A stretch of DNA of 64,000 nucleotides from Candidatus Limnocylindria bacterium. GTDB lineage: Bacteria; Patescibacteriota; Saccharimonadia; Saccharimonadales; JAGQNK01. Both the position numbers and the translations under genes were made by a program. The stretch lies in the NCBI GenBank assembly GCA_035489815.1, contig DATHJH010000005.1, forward strand, positions 20,406 through 84,405, read 5' to 3'. The notes under the pieces were generated by a model. It saw nothing but the letters and a program-made list of their open reading frames with translations. It made no database searches and had not been told where the DNA came from. Positions 26,311 through 35,109 of the stretch are shown here, in pieces; the first letter of the stretch is position 1, and each line of letters starts with the position of its first letter.

Positions 26311-26829
26311 ATGCAAGGGGCTTCATCCGATGATAAATCTTTTTTTACACTGAAAGCTGAGCGTACCCACCTGCCTGGTGTACCTGGCGTAGATACCAGC
26401 AACCCCCCTTATGATTGCCTTGTGTACCTTGATATTTACGGAGGTCAATTACAAGCTATACCCGGCGAAGACGAAACAGCCACCCTTGAATACGATGGGC
26501 CTTTACATCGTGTTCTAGCCACCCTTGTCTTAGCCGACGAAACAAATCCAAAAACTCTCCAAATATTCGATCGCATAGAAAGAGAGAAGCCCGGGACACA
26601 AGCGAGGGTACACCTTAAGGCTGATCATGCGTACGACTCGCTGGTGAGCGCCCTCTATAATACTCATCCTAATAATCCCAGAATGGTCGATGTGGCAGGC
26701 TTGGCGGTAGCCGAAACGCTTGATACATTACGGACCTTCACTTTCGAACACTACGAGAACACAGTCGCGACTCTCATCGATCGGGCACTCACTCCTCTTA
26801 CAGAAAGAGCGGAACCTTTGAACCCCTGA
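26311..26829 (+). CDS. hypothetical protein
   Basis: 172-aa ORF. No motif recognised. Confidence 0.45.
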   Translation: MQGASSDDKSFFTLKAERTHLPGVPGVDTSNPPYDCLVYLDIYGGQLQAIPGEDETATLEYDGPLHRVLATLVLADETNPKTLQIFDRIEREKPGTQARVHLKADHAYDSLVSALYNTHPNNPRMVDVAGLAVAETLDTLRTFTFEHYENTVATLIDRALTPLTERAEPLNP

Positions 26830-27213
26830 AGTCGAGGCTAGCAGGTGATTGGGCACAGATATGAAAACAGGCCTCCGAGAGGGTGAGAACAGCCTGTGGC
26901 CGTTCGCAAGGCCGGAAGCCCGGATGGCAAAGCCACCGAGCTGAGGTGGGGCCGACCGCATTTTCAAAGAAAATGACGGGTGGCTGGGCACGCACACTAA
27001 AAAGAGCCTGTAGAGGGGGTGGGCACCGCTACAGGCTCATTTCAGGAGTCAACCCTAAAGTTGACTCCATACCCTTCAACCCACCCCGGTGTAAGCGTCG
27101 ATGTCCAAAACTCTATAAAGACTCGCGCCGTTCCGACAGACGGAACGTACTTGCATACTCACCTTGAATGGGGACCAACTCAGCCAAAGCTAAGAAGGGC
27201 TAGTTAAAGGGAA
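26830..27213 (+). other. densely structured non-coding segment (candidate ncRNA, identity unresolved)
   Basis: No credible ORF. Perfect hairpins at 26933-26949, 26959-26975, 27004-27038, 27045-27068 and 27129-27147. Segment 26885-26911 matches repeat R1 (14124-14149) at 23 of 27 positions. Confidence 0.4.
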
Positions 27214-27374
27214 TAGACTTCTCCCCGGATAAATCTTGGAGTCAAATACGATGATTGCTGATGCAGTGACCGGACTGGCGAGTAATGCGTAACCATAGTT
27301 ACTCAGCATGAGTCAGGGCGGTCAGTGCGCAGCAAGGGCGTATTTGAACCAGGACTTATCTGGGGAGGAGTCTA
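27214..27374 (+). ncRNA. 161-nt long imperfect hairpin (candidate sRNA, or a MITE-like palindrome)
   Basis: The outer 26-nt arms pair with 22 Watson-Crick, 3 G-U (valid on the + strand only) and 1 mismatch. Apex hairpin gtaac-cata-gttac at about 27295. Confidence 0.35.
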
Positions 27375-27668
27375 CTAGTTTGTTTTAGAACGCCGTCTCC
27401 TTCCTTTGCAGGTGAGACAACGCTAAAAATAAGTGGAGGGTAACAACTCATAGTCAGCACGTTCTAAAACAATCTAACAAAATTAAGATGACTATAAGTC
27501 ATCTCTGTTAGAATAGGGGGTATAAGGTGCGTAAACCCCTTATGTGGGATTCACAGTTTGCTATTCTAGCAGAATTATATTCTTTGTCAACACCTTTTTG
27601 TGTTAAGTTCAAATAAATTTACTTGTAAACATAAGCTTTACCCCTTATAGATCCTTTTTTGACGTCGT

Positions 27669-28526
27669 ATGAAAATATATAAGATTTCATATAACTCGGA
27701 TGACTTTCCGTCAACCCTCAGGCATATACCAAGCCCGCCGAAAGAGCTGTATATTTTAGGCGACCTGGGACCGCTCCTGGAAAAACCACTTCTGGCCGTC
27801 GTAGGCAGCCGCAAGGTCACCCCTTATGGCAGGAGCATTACGCTGGACCTGGTACGGGCGGTCGCCTCGCAACGGGTTGTCATCATCAGCGGCATGGCGC
27901 TGGGTGTCGACGCACTCGCTCACCAGGCAGCGCTGGAAGTAGGCGGCAAGACAATTGCCGTATTGCCCTGCGGCCTGGACAAACCCTATCCCGCCACCAA
28001 CCGTCAGCTTGCCCGGAAGATCCTGGAACAGGGCGGGGTACTTATGAGCGAGTACCCCGAAGGGACACCCCCGCTTATCCAGAACTTCATAGCCCGTAAT
28101 CGTCTGGAGTCGGGGATGAGTGACGGCGTATTAATTACCGAGGCAGCCATAAAAAGCGGCACTGTACATACTGCCAGGTTTGCACTTGAACAGGGCAAAA
28201 CCGTCATGGCCGTGCCGGGAAACATCACGAGTGAACTATCCAAAGGCACAAACAACCTCATTCGCAGCGGTGCCGTGCCGGTGACCAGGCCAGAAGATAT
28301 ATTTGAAGTGCTAGACATCATGGGTACACCAGAGGACCATGAAGTTGTAGCAGCCAATGCAGAAGAAGCCGCCATCCTGCAGCTTCTCAAACAAGGTATT
28401 ACCGACAGCAGTATCCTGCAAACTTCCAGCCAGCTGGAAGTAGTCGTATTTAATCAGACCCTCACCATGCTGGAGCTAACTGGCAAGATTCGTCCTTTGG
28501 GTGCGGGCCACTGGTCGCTGGCTTAA
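27669..28526 (+). CDS. dprA: DNA-processing protein DprA (Smf)
   Basis: 285 aa. LAVVGSRKVTPYG...IISGMALGVDALAHQAAL...VLPCGLD...FIARNR are typical DprA Rossmann-fold motifs. Confidence 0.9.
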   Translation: MKIYKISYNSDDFPSTLRHIPSPPKELYILGDLGPLLEKPLLAVVGSRKVTPYGRSITLDLVRAVASQRVVIISGMALGVDALAHQAALEVGGKTIAVLPCGLDKPYPATNRQLARKILEQGGVLMSEYPEGTPPLIQNFIARNRLESGMSDGVLITEAAIKSGTVHTARFALEQGKTVMAVPGNITSELSKGTNNLIRSGAVPVTRPEDIFEVLDIMGTPEDHEVVAANAEEAAILQLLKQGITDSSILQTSSQLEVVVFNQTLTMLELTGKIRPLGAGHWSLA

Positions 28527-28606
28527 AACTTGCATTAATGCAGAAGAACGTAGTAGTCTAGCTTGCTGTAACTAAAATAACCGCTACACTAGTCACTACA
28601 CCACAT

Positions 28607-30940
28607 ATGACAAAAAACCTGGTAATCGTAGAAAGTCCGGCAAAGGCAAAGACCATAGAGAAATACCTCGGGTCCGGCTTTACCGTGCTTTCCAGCATCG
28701 GCCATATCCGCTCTATCGCCAAAAAGACCAAGGACGGGACAGAGCCCATTGATATTAAAGCCGGCTTTAAAACAGTCTACGAAATAGATCCAGAAAAGAA
28801 AAAAGTTATTGCCGAACTCAAAAAAGCCGTCAAAACAACTGACGCCGTCTGGCTGGCTACTGACGAAGACCGCGAAGGGGAAGCCATTGCCTGGCACCTG
28901 TGCGAAGTATTAGGACTCGACCCGGCTACCACCAAACGCATTGTTTTTCATGAAATCACCAAAAGCGCTATTGAGGCAGCCGTCAAAAAACCCCGCACCG
29001 TAGACATGAGCCTTGTCCGGGCTCAGCAGGCCCGCCAAATCCTGGACCGCATCGTAGGGTTTGAATTATCACCCGTGGTCTGGCAAAAAGTCCCGGGGGG
29101 CAAGTCTGCCGGCCGGGTACAGTCACCGGCTGTACGCCTTTTGGTAGAACGCGAAAGGGAAATAGACGCTTTCGAAGGCAAGGCTACGTTTAAAGTAACT
29201 GCCGAATTCAAAGCCAAGGGGGGAATACTCAAGGCAGAGTTGCCAGAGCGCTTTGACACCGAAGAAAAAGCCCAAAAGTTCCTGGAAAGCCTGGCTGGAG
29301 CCACCTTCACCGTCAGCGACGTTACGATGAGTCCCGGTACCCGCAACCCCAGCGCCCCATTCACTACCAGCACCTTGCAGCAGGATGCCAACAGCCGGCT
29401 GGGCTTTAGCGCAAAGGCGACTATGGCAAGCGCCCAAAAGCTCTACCAGGAAGGCAAAATCACCTACATGCGTACTGATTCAGTCAATCTCAGCGGCCAG
29501 GCCCTGACCCAAATGACTGATTACATCAAACAGGCATTCGGTGACAAGTACCATCAGGTCCGCACCTTCAAGACCAAATCCAGCGGTGCCCAGGAAGCCC
29601 ACGAAGCCATCCGTCCGACTGATGTCCGGGTAGAAAATGCCAGCACTGACACTTACAACCAGAAGCTGTACGACCTCATCCGCCGCCGCACACTGGCCAG
29701 CCAAATGGCCCCGGCTCAACTGGAAAAAACAGTCGTGACCATAGACATATCAGGCAGCACAACCGACACCAATACCAGAGTATTCGAGGCCAAAGGCGAA
29801 GTTATTATCTTTGACGGTTTCTTCAAAATCTACGGCGCAAACCAGAAAGAGGACGACATCCTGCCGCCAGTGTCAGCCAAAGATATATTGACTCTCTCTG
29901 CCGCCCAGGCAAAGCAGGTATTTGCCCGGCCGCCGGCCCGTTACACCGAGGGCAGTCTGGTCAAAAAGCTGGAAGATCTTGGCATCGGCCGTCCCTCTAC
30001 CTACGCCACTATTATTAACACCGTACAGGTGCGCGGCTATGCCGTAAGGGGCGAAAACGAAGGTACCCCCCGCGACGTCATTGTCCTCAGCCTTCAGAAA
30101 GGTCATGTGCAGCGGGAAGTCATTCAGGAAAAGACTGGTTCAGACCGGGGTAAGCTTGTACCGACGGCCAGCGGGCAGGTGCTGAGTGACTTTCTGACGG
30201 GTCATTTTGACCAGATCGTAGACTACGGCTTTACCGCTGATGTAGAGGAAGAGTTCGATCAGATTGCCACCGGCAAGCTGGAACGCAACCAAATGCTGCA
30301 GCAATTTTACACACCGTTCCACGGCCTGATAGAAAAATCCGATCGCATAGAACGCAGCGAAGTAGCCCAGGCCCGGGAAATCGGTACAGATCCCAACACC
30401 GGCAAACCCGTTCTGGCGCGGTTTGGTCGCTTTGGCCCCATGCTGCAACTGGGGGCGACAGAGGATAAGGCCGATAAACCGCGGTTTGCCCCTCTCCCCA
30501 CAGGTGCCAAAATTGAAACTGTCACACTCGACCAAGCACTGGAAATGTTTAAACTCCCCAAGCTCATCGGTAACACGGACGACGGACAAGAAATAAAGGC
30601 TAACATTGGTAGATTTGGGCCGTATATCCAGGTAGGCAAACTATTTGTCAGCATCAAACCGCTGGACCCTCACACCATTACCCTGCATGAGGCTCAGGAA
30701 CTTTACGCTGCCAAGCTCAAGGCAGAGGCAGAAAAAAACATCGCCGACTTTGGCGATGGCCTAAAAGTCCTCAAGGGGCGGTTTGGTCCCTATATCACCA
30801 ACGGCACCAAAAACGCCAAGATCCCCAAAGACACCGACCCCAAATCTGTTACGCATGACCAGGCCAAGAAGCTCATTTCCGAGGCCCCGGCTGCTAAAAA
30901 GCGCTTTACCCGCAGACAGAGCACCAAGCCAAAAGAATAA
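28607..30940 (+). CDS. topA: DNA topoisomerase I
   Basis: 777 aa. TOPRIM LVIVESPAKAKTIEKYLG, ATDEDREGEAIAWH, active-site region YMRTDS, and C-terminal GRFGPY repeats. Confidence 0.95.
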   Translation: MTKNLVIVESPAKAKTIEKYLGSGFTVLSSIGHIRSIAKKTKDGTEPIDIKAGFKTVYEIDPEKKKVIAELKKAVKTTDAVWLATDEDREGEAIAWHLCEVLGLDPATTKRIVFHEITKSAIEAAVKKPRTVDMSLVRAQQARQILDRIVGFELSPVVWQKVPGGKSAGRVQSPAVRLLVEREREIDAFEGKATFKVTAEFKAKGGILKAELPERFDTEEKAQKFLESLAGATFTVSDVTMSPGTRNPSAPFTTSTLQQDANSRLGFSAKATMASAQKLYQEGKITYMRTDSVNLSGQALTQMTDYIKQAFGDKYHQVRTFKTKSSGAQEAHEAIRPTDVRVENASTDTYNQKLYDLIRRRTLASQMAPAQLEKTVVTIDISGSTTDTNTRVFEAKGEVIIFDGFFKIYGANQKEDDILPPVSAKDILTLSAAQAKQVFARPPARYTEGSLVKKLEDLGIGRPSTYATIINTVQVRGYAVRGENEGTPRDVIVLSLQKGHVQREVIQEKTGSDRGKLVPTASGQVLSDFLTGHFDQIVDYGFTADVEEEFDQIATGKLERNQMLQQFYTPFHGLIEKSDRIERSEVAQAREIGTDPNTGKPVLARFGRFGPMLQLGATEDKADKPRFAPLPTGAKIETVTLDQALEMFKLPKLIGNTDDGQEIKANIGRFGPYIQVGKLFVSIKPLDPHTITLHEAQELYAAKLKAEAEKNIADFGDGLKVLKGRFGPYITNGTKNAKIPKDTDPKSVTHDQAKKLISEAPAAKKRFTRRQSTKPKE

Positions 30941-31144
30941 GCCAACTTAACTATATTTATCCACAACTTTACAGAGAAGCAACATATCTTCTCGTAACTT
31001 TCTATGCAATAGTTTACGTACAGCCGTCCATTACGTGCTACAATATAGCCACAAGCTCAATGACAGAGGGGAAGATCTGAGTTATTGGGGCTACACAGAC
31101 AACTGCCTGCTCATAGGCATTTTGAAATTATATAAAAACATATA

Positions 31145-31173
31145 TTGACTAGATTAATAAGATGTTATACAAT
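31145..31173 (+). promoter_or_regulatory. sigma70-type promoter (TTGACT - 17 nt - TACAAT)
   Basis: -35 at 31145-31150 and -10 at 31168-31173, about 42 nt upstream of the ATG at 31216, with aaggaac as a possible SD. Confidence 0.55.
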
Positions 31174-31215
31174 AAACATATTAACTGGACCCACTAGACG
31201 TAAGGAACCGAAACA

Positions 31216-32253
31216 ATGACTGAGGAACGGCCAAGCAAACTACAGATCGAAAGCATTATTACCGATATCCTCGCTACGATCGAGCGTGAGCGTGAGCGTG
31301 AAATAATTGCACGTCGCTATGGCCTGTTTGACCGCAAGGAGACTCTGGAGCAAATCGGTGAGCTGCTTGGCATCACCCGTGAGCGCGTACGACAGCTGGA
31401 AAAAGCTGTCATGGCCCGCCTTAAGGCACTGGCCGACGCCGGTCAGCTGCCGCACGTTCAGGAAACCCAAGCCGTATTGCTGGACGCTATCCATGCCATG
31501 GGCAAAGCCGCCCGGGTATCTGACCTAAGCGCCCAGCTGACCACAGAAAACACCCGGATTGACCAGGCCCGCATCTCCTTCCTGGCAGCCCTCAGCCCCA
31601 AAGTCGCCGTAGTGGATGAAAATGACCATTTCTACCATGCCGTTGGCGTAGCCGACGCTCACGACGAAAAGACAATCAAAGAGCTGGCTACCAAGGCTAT
31701 CGAGGCCATCAAGAAGATAGGCGAACCAACACCTATAGACAAAGTAGCCGAACACGTCAAAATAGACGACCCCAGGCACGCAGCAGCCTTGGCGCGTACT
31801 TCCAAGCACCTGGCAACATTAAACGGTCGCTGGGGCCTGGTAAAATGGCCTACCGTTAATCCCAAGAATATTCGGGACAAAATCTACGTCATCCTGCAGG
31901 AAGCAGGGAAGCACATGCACTTCAACGAAATCGCCGACGCCATAAAAGACAGCGACTTCAAGCGCAAAGACGTCACCACCCAGGCCATCCATAACGAACT
32001 CATCAAAGACAAGCGGTTCGTGCTTATTGGCCGCGGCATCTACGCCCTGAAAGAATGGGGCTACGAAAAGGGAACAGTGGCTGACATCATCACCGAAGTC
32101 CTGCGCAAAAAGGGCGAACCAATGCACCGCGACGAAATCGTCAAAGAGGTGCTGAAGAGCCGCCACGTCAAAGAAACGACAATCCTGTTGAACCTCCAGG
32201 GCAAACAACAGTTCAAACGCGTCGCCAAAGCCACCTACGCCCTTGCGGAATAG
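31216..32253 (+). CDS. sigma-70 region-4-like HTH protein with two HARE-HTH-like C-terminal repeats
   Basis: 345 aa. EIIARRYGL...TLEQIGELLGITRERVRQLE resembles sigma r4. Two later segments (KIYVILQEAGKHMHFNEIADAI; VADIITEVLRKKGEPMHRDEIVKEV) look like HARE-HTH. Confidence 0.6.
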   Translation: MTEERPSKLQIESIITDILATIEREREREIIARRYGLFDRKETLEQIGELLGITRERVRQLEKAVMARLKALADAGQLPHVQETQAVLLDAIHAMGKAARVSDLSAQLTTENTRIDQARISFLAALSPKVAVVDENDHFYHAVGVADAHDEKTIKELATKAIEAIKKIGEPTPIDKVAEHVKIDDPRHAAALARTSKHLATLNGRWGLVKWPTVNPKNIRDKIYVILQEAGKHMHFNEIADAIKDSDFKRKDVTTQAIHNELIKDKRFVLIGRGIYALKEWGYEKGTVADIITEVLRKKGEPMHRDEIVKEVLKSRHVKETTILLNLQGKQQFKRVAKATYALAE

Positions 32254-32318
32254 TAAGTACCTAAGTTCCCCCGCTAACGTTCGCTCTTGCAAAGTAGCAT
32301 AATTTATTATAAGGTTTT

Positions 32319-32627
32319 ATGATCATGGACAGATTCAAGCCAACTGATAAGCTCACGTATGGAATTGTTCCCCTGGTCGTAGCCTCGTGGATTTTGAGCG
32401 CTTGCGGCTCTGAGGATGATCCTTCCGCGGGAGCCGATACTTCACCGGTTGATGCCATCGAAGACATAGCCTATGAGAGCAAGGTAGTGGCAAGTGACGA
32501 AGGTGACGGAGTAACTGTGTATGTTTACCGCAACGGCTATGAGCCGACAGAAATGGTTACTGCTAGCTTGGCGATAGAATATGCTTGCGTTGAGGGCTCT
32601 GTTGCCCAACAGGGAGAACCAGACTAG
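32319..32627 (+). CDS. small lipoprotein
   Basis: 102 aa with a lipobox-like VASWILSAC-GSEDD after a hydrophobic signal. Confidence 0.6.
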   Translation: MIMDRFKPTDKLTYGIVPLVVASWILSACGSEDDPSAGADTSPVDAIEDIAYESKVVASDEGDGVTVYVYRNGYEPTEMVTASLAIEYACVEGSVAQQGEPD

Positions 32628-32778
32628 ACTGGCTGAGAGGATGGCCGCAAATGGATCCAGAAGTTTTTGAGGCCATTTCCGCAGCCGTTAACGCAGACCC
32701 TACGGTTTGCGCTGACGGCAAAATCGAACCAAACGAAATACAACCTCCAGCTCCGTATTCATAAATCACAGTTCTCAT

Positions 32779-32903
32779 GTCATGCCGGACTTGAGGAGCT
32801 TGCCCCGTGCTTGATACGGGGGCATCCAGGCCATAGCAAGGAGAACTGGATTCTGAACCCGTCCGGCCCGTCCGAATGGATAGCCGGTCAAGTTCAGATT
32901 GAC
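32779..32903. repeat. core-only relative of the palindromic repeat family
   Basis: gtcatgccggacttgag...cttgatacgggggcatccagg...actggattc...ccggtcaagttc shares the gtcat.cc / atcc.gg / actggatt / gtcaag blocks with the inner parts of copies 3 and 4. Confidence 0.5.
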
Positions 32904-32966
32904 AAAGTGTATGTGGGTCAGCTTGCGTATTGAAATTGATCGTACTAGTATATACTCTATACTTTT

Positions 32967-33383
32967 ATGACAGAATCAAATGAACCGGAAAGCTACCTCA
33001 GACCAGTCGACTCTCCTCTCTACGTGGAACATGGGAGCGGAAGGCGTGGCATACGAGCCCTGAGGCAAGAAGATATGTTAGCGGCCATAGCCTTATCTAG
33101 CGAACCCCCCAGCATAACCAGGCTCGAAGAGCTAACAGGGTTTTCGAATCCTACCGTTATTTCTGTGGTTCAAGCGCTAAGGGAGAGCTCACTTATCGAG
33201 AGTACCGACATAGCAGTTTACCGAGGGTACCGTTCGGGAGAGGGCAGAGTACCTCATGTCGGCTATGTGCTTACAGAACCAACCACAGAAGCGTTCCCAG
33301 CACACCTGGAAATAAGAATTCCGCTGCTTTATAAAGCCTACAAGACATTACATCAAAATAAACAAAACCCGAACAACACCTAA
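32967..33383 (+). CDS. hypothetical protein with wHTH-like segment
   Basis: 138 aa. ITRLEELTGFSNPTVISVVQALRESSLIE resembles a MarR/ROK-type HTH. Confidence 0.45.
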   Translation: MTESNEPESYLRPVDSPLYVEHGSGRRGIRALRQEDMLAAIALSSEPPSITRLEELTGFSNPTVISVVQALRESSLIESTDIAVYRGYRSGEGRVPHVGYVLTEPTTEAFPAHLEIRIPLLYKAYKTLHQNKQNPNNT

Positions 33384-34161
33384 TCAACTACATAAGCCTA
33401 TGCAAACATGCGGTTTGAGCCGGAAAATTCGGACGGACGGAAAGCCCAAAGAACCGATCTCAAACTACTGGAAGAGTACGAAGACTAAACAAAATACGAA
33501 CACGATTATTTTTGAGTATCCATCATACGGATACGACAAAAAGCGAACAGAGCTACTTTTATAGCTAAGATCAAAAAAAGCAAGAAACTGGAAAGAACCG
33601 GCAAATTTCGAAGGCCGCAAAGTAGGGAGCATAGAAAAGTCTAACAACAAAATAAAATGGGGGGTCGAAAGCCGGGCGGGGACAGCCACACGAAATGTAA
33701 GTTAAGTCATAGACACATGACGTCGTACAATGTATATTTTGCGACTCTAATATGAGGCTGTGGGACGAACTGATACACCTTCCGTAGGGGAAGTTGGACG
33801 AACCTTTTAACTATGAAGCCCTGTACCGCAGCTAACTAGTACCGATCAAATGCACTATGCCCAGGTGTTATAGTGTCTGCTGGCTGACCCTCCAGCTTCA
33901 CTGGCTTGTCGCATGTAGCGGCGCAATTTGACTTTTCCACAGAATCCTCATGTGCCTTGTGAAAATTTGCTTTTTCACGATTTAATTAGTTTTATATATT
34001 TATTCCCTGCTTCACCTTCTTTATGAATTTTTGACTTTTGCCCTACTTTATATATTTGTATATATTTTGCCCTGGGCGGCCATGATTCGTTTACTGAACG
34101 TTTTACGAACACCCGGGGCAGAGCGGAATAGGGACCCTTTCCTTGAGCTGCCTGGCGTAAC

Positions 34162-35073
34162 TTATTTGTAGAAGACTTTTCCTGGCACCCTTACGTCTAT
34201 ATAGTGCCGTGGAGTTATATGGTCCGCCTCTAACCTCCCTTTTGTAGCAATGAGGGTTCCCGCCTGAATCCTCCCGTCACCGCGGAGGTTAAACTTGATG
34301 TAATATGGCCTGTTCCGCAGACGAATATGCATTTCATTGGCGACTGCCGGCAGTACGATGGATTGTATCTCAAGCTTTTTTTCCTGGAGCTGCGCCGCTA
34401 CTGTCATCACAAAGCTCACCGTCTCTTTTGGCAACGCATAGCTGCCGCGCTCCAGGGACAGGCTGCTTTCGTCCTGCAGGGTTGGCAGTTTATCAAGGAT
34501 AGAACTCTCTACATCGCCTGCATCGGCAATTGTCCGTCCGTGCTCATCAATGACCAGCGCACCCTGTAATGTGCCAAGGACAAGCGCAGGCTCTGCCGGT
34601 CGGATTTGCACAACCGGACGGCGGCCCACTAACGGCAACACAATCGCTATGTCACCCAGCTCCGGGAACCTTTCCTGGAGCTTTTTGGCCAACTGGTCGG
34701 TATTTATAAGCAACTTGCTGCGGTTGGATAGCGATTCGCTAAAAACCGCCCGGACATCCGCCTCATAACCCTTCACGCCAGTAAAAAGGCCTTGGGCCTG
34801 AGGAGGGTTACCTACGACTTGTAGCTTTGGGTTGTCGCTGAGAGTAGATACATAGATCATACACAGCAGGAGCGCTATGCCAGCCACCAACGAAGGAAGG
34901 TAGCTCATCCACTGACTGGCTCTGAGGTTGGGAGCTTTTCGTTTAACTGGCGGCGGTTGACGGGACTGACCATCGCCAGACGAACGGCTGGCATAATAGG
35001 AAAACACGTTCGCAGCAGGTTGCTGGCGGACATTTCGGCCTTGTTTGGTTGGTGTTTGTTTTTTACGGAACAT
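34162..35073 (-). CDS. ftsQ: cell-division protein FtsQ/DivIB-like
   Basis: 303 aa. Basic cytoplasmic N-terminus, one TM, then a POTRA-like extracytoplasmic region. Last gene of the dcw cluster. Confidence 0.65.
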   Translation of the reverse strand: MFRKKQTPTKQGRNVRQQPAANVFSYYASRSSGDGQSRQPPPVKRKAPNLRASQWMSYLPSLVAGIALLLCMIYVSTLSDNPKLQVVGNPPQAQGLFTGVKGYEADVRAVFSESLSNRSKLLINTDQLAKKLQERFPELGDIAIVLPLVGRRPVVQIRPAEPALVLGTLQGALVIDEHGRTIADAGDVESSILDKLPTLQDESSLSLERGSYALPKETVSFVMTVAAQLQEKKLEIQSIVLPAVANEMHIRLRNRPYYIKFNLRGDGRIQAGTLIATKGRLEADHITPRHYIDVRVPGKVFYK

Positions 35074-35109
35074 ACTATGTCAATTCTACGCCCAAGGTCC
35101 AAGGAGTGG

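Noticed and set aside
26828-27361. RNase P RNA. CR-I-like strings (ctgaagtcgaggc; ggataaatcttggagtc) and a CR-V-like string (gaaccaggacttatc). Another gaaagtccggc lies at 49747.
   Set aside because: The CR-I and CR-V look-alikes that actually pair are only about 85 nt apart, leaving no room for a specificity domain. The 26828 string has no complementary partner. The 49747 hit sits in a 150-nt spacer abutting a coding region. I cannot support an rnpB call without a covariance-model search.
30957-30965. Perfect DnaA box TTATCCACA after topA (and at 43063-43071) as a sign of oriC.
   Set aside because: The boxes are isolated or paired, with no cluster, no AT-rich unwinding element and no dnaA/dnaN nearby. 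This is not an origin.
33384-34161. tmRNA or RNase P in the post-ftsQ non-coding region (ggggggtcgaaagccgggc, ggaaaattcggacgg).
   Set aside because: There is no T-arm (GGTTCGA-type) or CCA-proximal acceptor partner, no convincing tag ORF ending in a typical Ala-Ala stop, and only one copy of the aaagccgggc/gcccggcttt string, so no P4 helix can form.
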